44,622 bases of DNA from Kagunavirus BCH953P1: the sequence record OZ035754.1; one strand, 5' to 3'. The notes beneath the pieces were generated by a model. The model saw only the letters and a list, made by a program, of their open reading frames with translations, searched no databases and was not told the DNA's origin. Positions 43,748-44,622 of this stretch are shown here, piece after piece (within the stretch, counting starts at the first letter, position 1; each line of letters starts with the position of its first letter). The position numbers and the translations under genes were made by a program.

Positions 43748-43862
43748 TGAGACTACTAATCATCCCGAACGCCTGGGCTATCGCCGTAGCTAATGACCAT
43801 TACGGCGGCGACGGTAAAAGAGCACCGCGGCACCGCATATACAACTGATTGGAGAGTGAAAA

Positions 43863-44012
43863 ATGGTTGAATTCGATGATGTTTCATTTGAGGAGCGCAT
43901 AGACCGGGTTGTTTTAATAGTGTATTGGGGTTTTTACTCAAAAGCATTCGAAGGCGACACGAAAGCAGATTGCATAAATCAATTACTGCAATGGGCCGCA
44001 AGCCGAAAGTAA
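43863..44012 (+). CDS. hypothetical small protein (49 aa)
   Basis: Read from sequence; SD GGAGAGTGA. Confidence 0.3.
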   Translation: MVEFDDVSFEERIDRVVLIVYWGFYSKAFEGDTKADCINQLLQWAASRK

Positions 44013-44020
44013 CAACACCA

Positions 44021-44046
44021 AAAGCCCTCCGTAGAGGGCTTTTCTG
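44021..44046 (+). terminator. rho-independent terminator (aagccctc-cgta-gagggctt then ttctgt)
   Basis: Seen directly, closes the early plus-strand block before the terminase genes. Confidence 0.55.
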
Positions 44047-44139
44047 TACATCACGCCTAATCCCCTTATATAATCCATTTAGACGCGTAGGGCGCGTCTT
44101 ATGCGCTCTGATGGTCAGACGCATATGCAAGGGGATTCT

Positions 44140-44622
44140 ATGAAGCTGAAACTCAAGCAGCCATCGCCAGAGGTGGTGCAAGCTGCACATGAAGAAGCTG
44201 TTAGCGCGAACCGTCGCCGTAAACGACCGCGCGGTAAACAGAGCCTTTATCAATCGTCCCGTAATTCCGCCGCGTTGTGGGACCCGGATTATTGCGACGC
44301 GTTAATCGAGTTCTTCGACCGCACGTCATGGGAACTTGTGCCCACGTCTAAGGGTGACGAACGCCCGCTGATTCAGGATAAACCGCCGTCGCTAGCCCGC
44401 TTCGCCTTACATATTGGCGTCACTATCCCGATTATTAAGCTGTGGCTGCGCGAGATTCCCGCATTTGCAGAAGCCTGGGAGACAGCACAGGCACTGGAAG
44501 AGGCATACTTCACTGAGACAGGGGCCGCTGGCATCTCTGCTACGTTTGCCGCTGCGAAGCTGGGCCTGAATAAGAAAGAAGAATCGACTGGCGAGGGTTC
44601 TGAACCTATCGAGATTCGTTTC
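44140..44622 (+). CDS. terminase small subunit (N-terminal 161 codons; ORF runs off the window end and continues at 1..30)
   Basis: SD AAGGGGA before ATG 44140; HTH-like segment; no stop before window end; in-phase continuation at window start ending in TAATG overlap with the large terminase. Confidence 0.65.
   Translation, partial: MKLKLKQPSPEVVQAAHEEAVSANRRRKRPRGKQSLYQSSRNSAALWDPDYCDALIEFFDRTSWELVPTSKGDERPLIQDKPPSLARFALHIGVTIPIIKLWLREIPAFAEAWETAQALEEAYFTETGAAGISATFAAAKLGLNKKEESTGEGSEPIEIRF

Noticed and set aside
43756-44253. 165-aa minus-strand ORF overlapping the terminator and the small terminase start
   Set aside because: Spans an intergenic terminator and overlaps better-supported plus-strand genes; no supporting signals
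1-44622. Temperate lifestyle (integrase, CI repressor, attachment site)
   Set aside because: No tyrosine or serine recombinase-like ORF and no attP-like feature seen; the only XRE-type HTH is a 71-aa Cro-like protein, so the genome reads as virulent
1-44622. tRNA genes or CRISPR arrays
   Set aside because: No cloverleaf T-arm consensus (GTTCRANYC in context) and no regularly spaced direct repeats were seen; the repeats present are promoter copies with gene-proximal positions, not spacer-interleaved arrays

Overview
The window reads as a complete, circularly permuted genome (about 44.6 kb) of a virulent tailed dsDNA phage with a siphovirus-type gene set, probably infecting an enterobacterium. 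All calls are from reading the sequence and ORF track by eye; no database search was run, and coordinates of motifs I derived myself (promoters, hairpins, small ORFs not in the track) are approximate to within a few nt. Layout: (i) a plus-strand late/structural block from the small terminase (44140..44622, continuing into 1..30) through terminase large subunit, portal, MuF-like head morphogenesis protein, overlapping Rz/Rz1-like spanins, scaffold, major capsid, neck proteins, major tail protein, frameshifted tail chaperones, tape measure, distal tail proteins and a receptor-binding tail fiber (ends about 23.1 kb); (ii) a minus-strand replication block (36.0 to 23.2 kb) with HTH regulators, primase/helicase, two paralogous HNH-AP2 homing endonucleases flanking a PD-(D/E)xK exonuclease, SSB-like protein, family A DNA polymerase, VRR-NUC nuclease, C5-methyltransferase-like protein and SNF2-type helicase; (iii) a plus-strand block of small early genes (36.5 to 43.8 kb) that includes an HslV-like protein, two DUF551-like proteins and a holin/endolysin pair. 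No integrase, tRNA or CRISPR array was seen. The most notable features are two reverse-oriented cassettes inside the structural block driven by identical 29-bp sigma70-type promoters, one encoding a dNMP kinase, HAD phosphatase and HTH-metallophosphoesterase between the major tail and tail chaperone genes; two families of highly conserved promoter elements; the HNH pair with a possible empty homing site at the primase 3' end; and an A8 tract inside a small ORF that offers an alternative reading frame.
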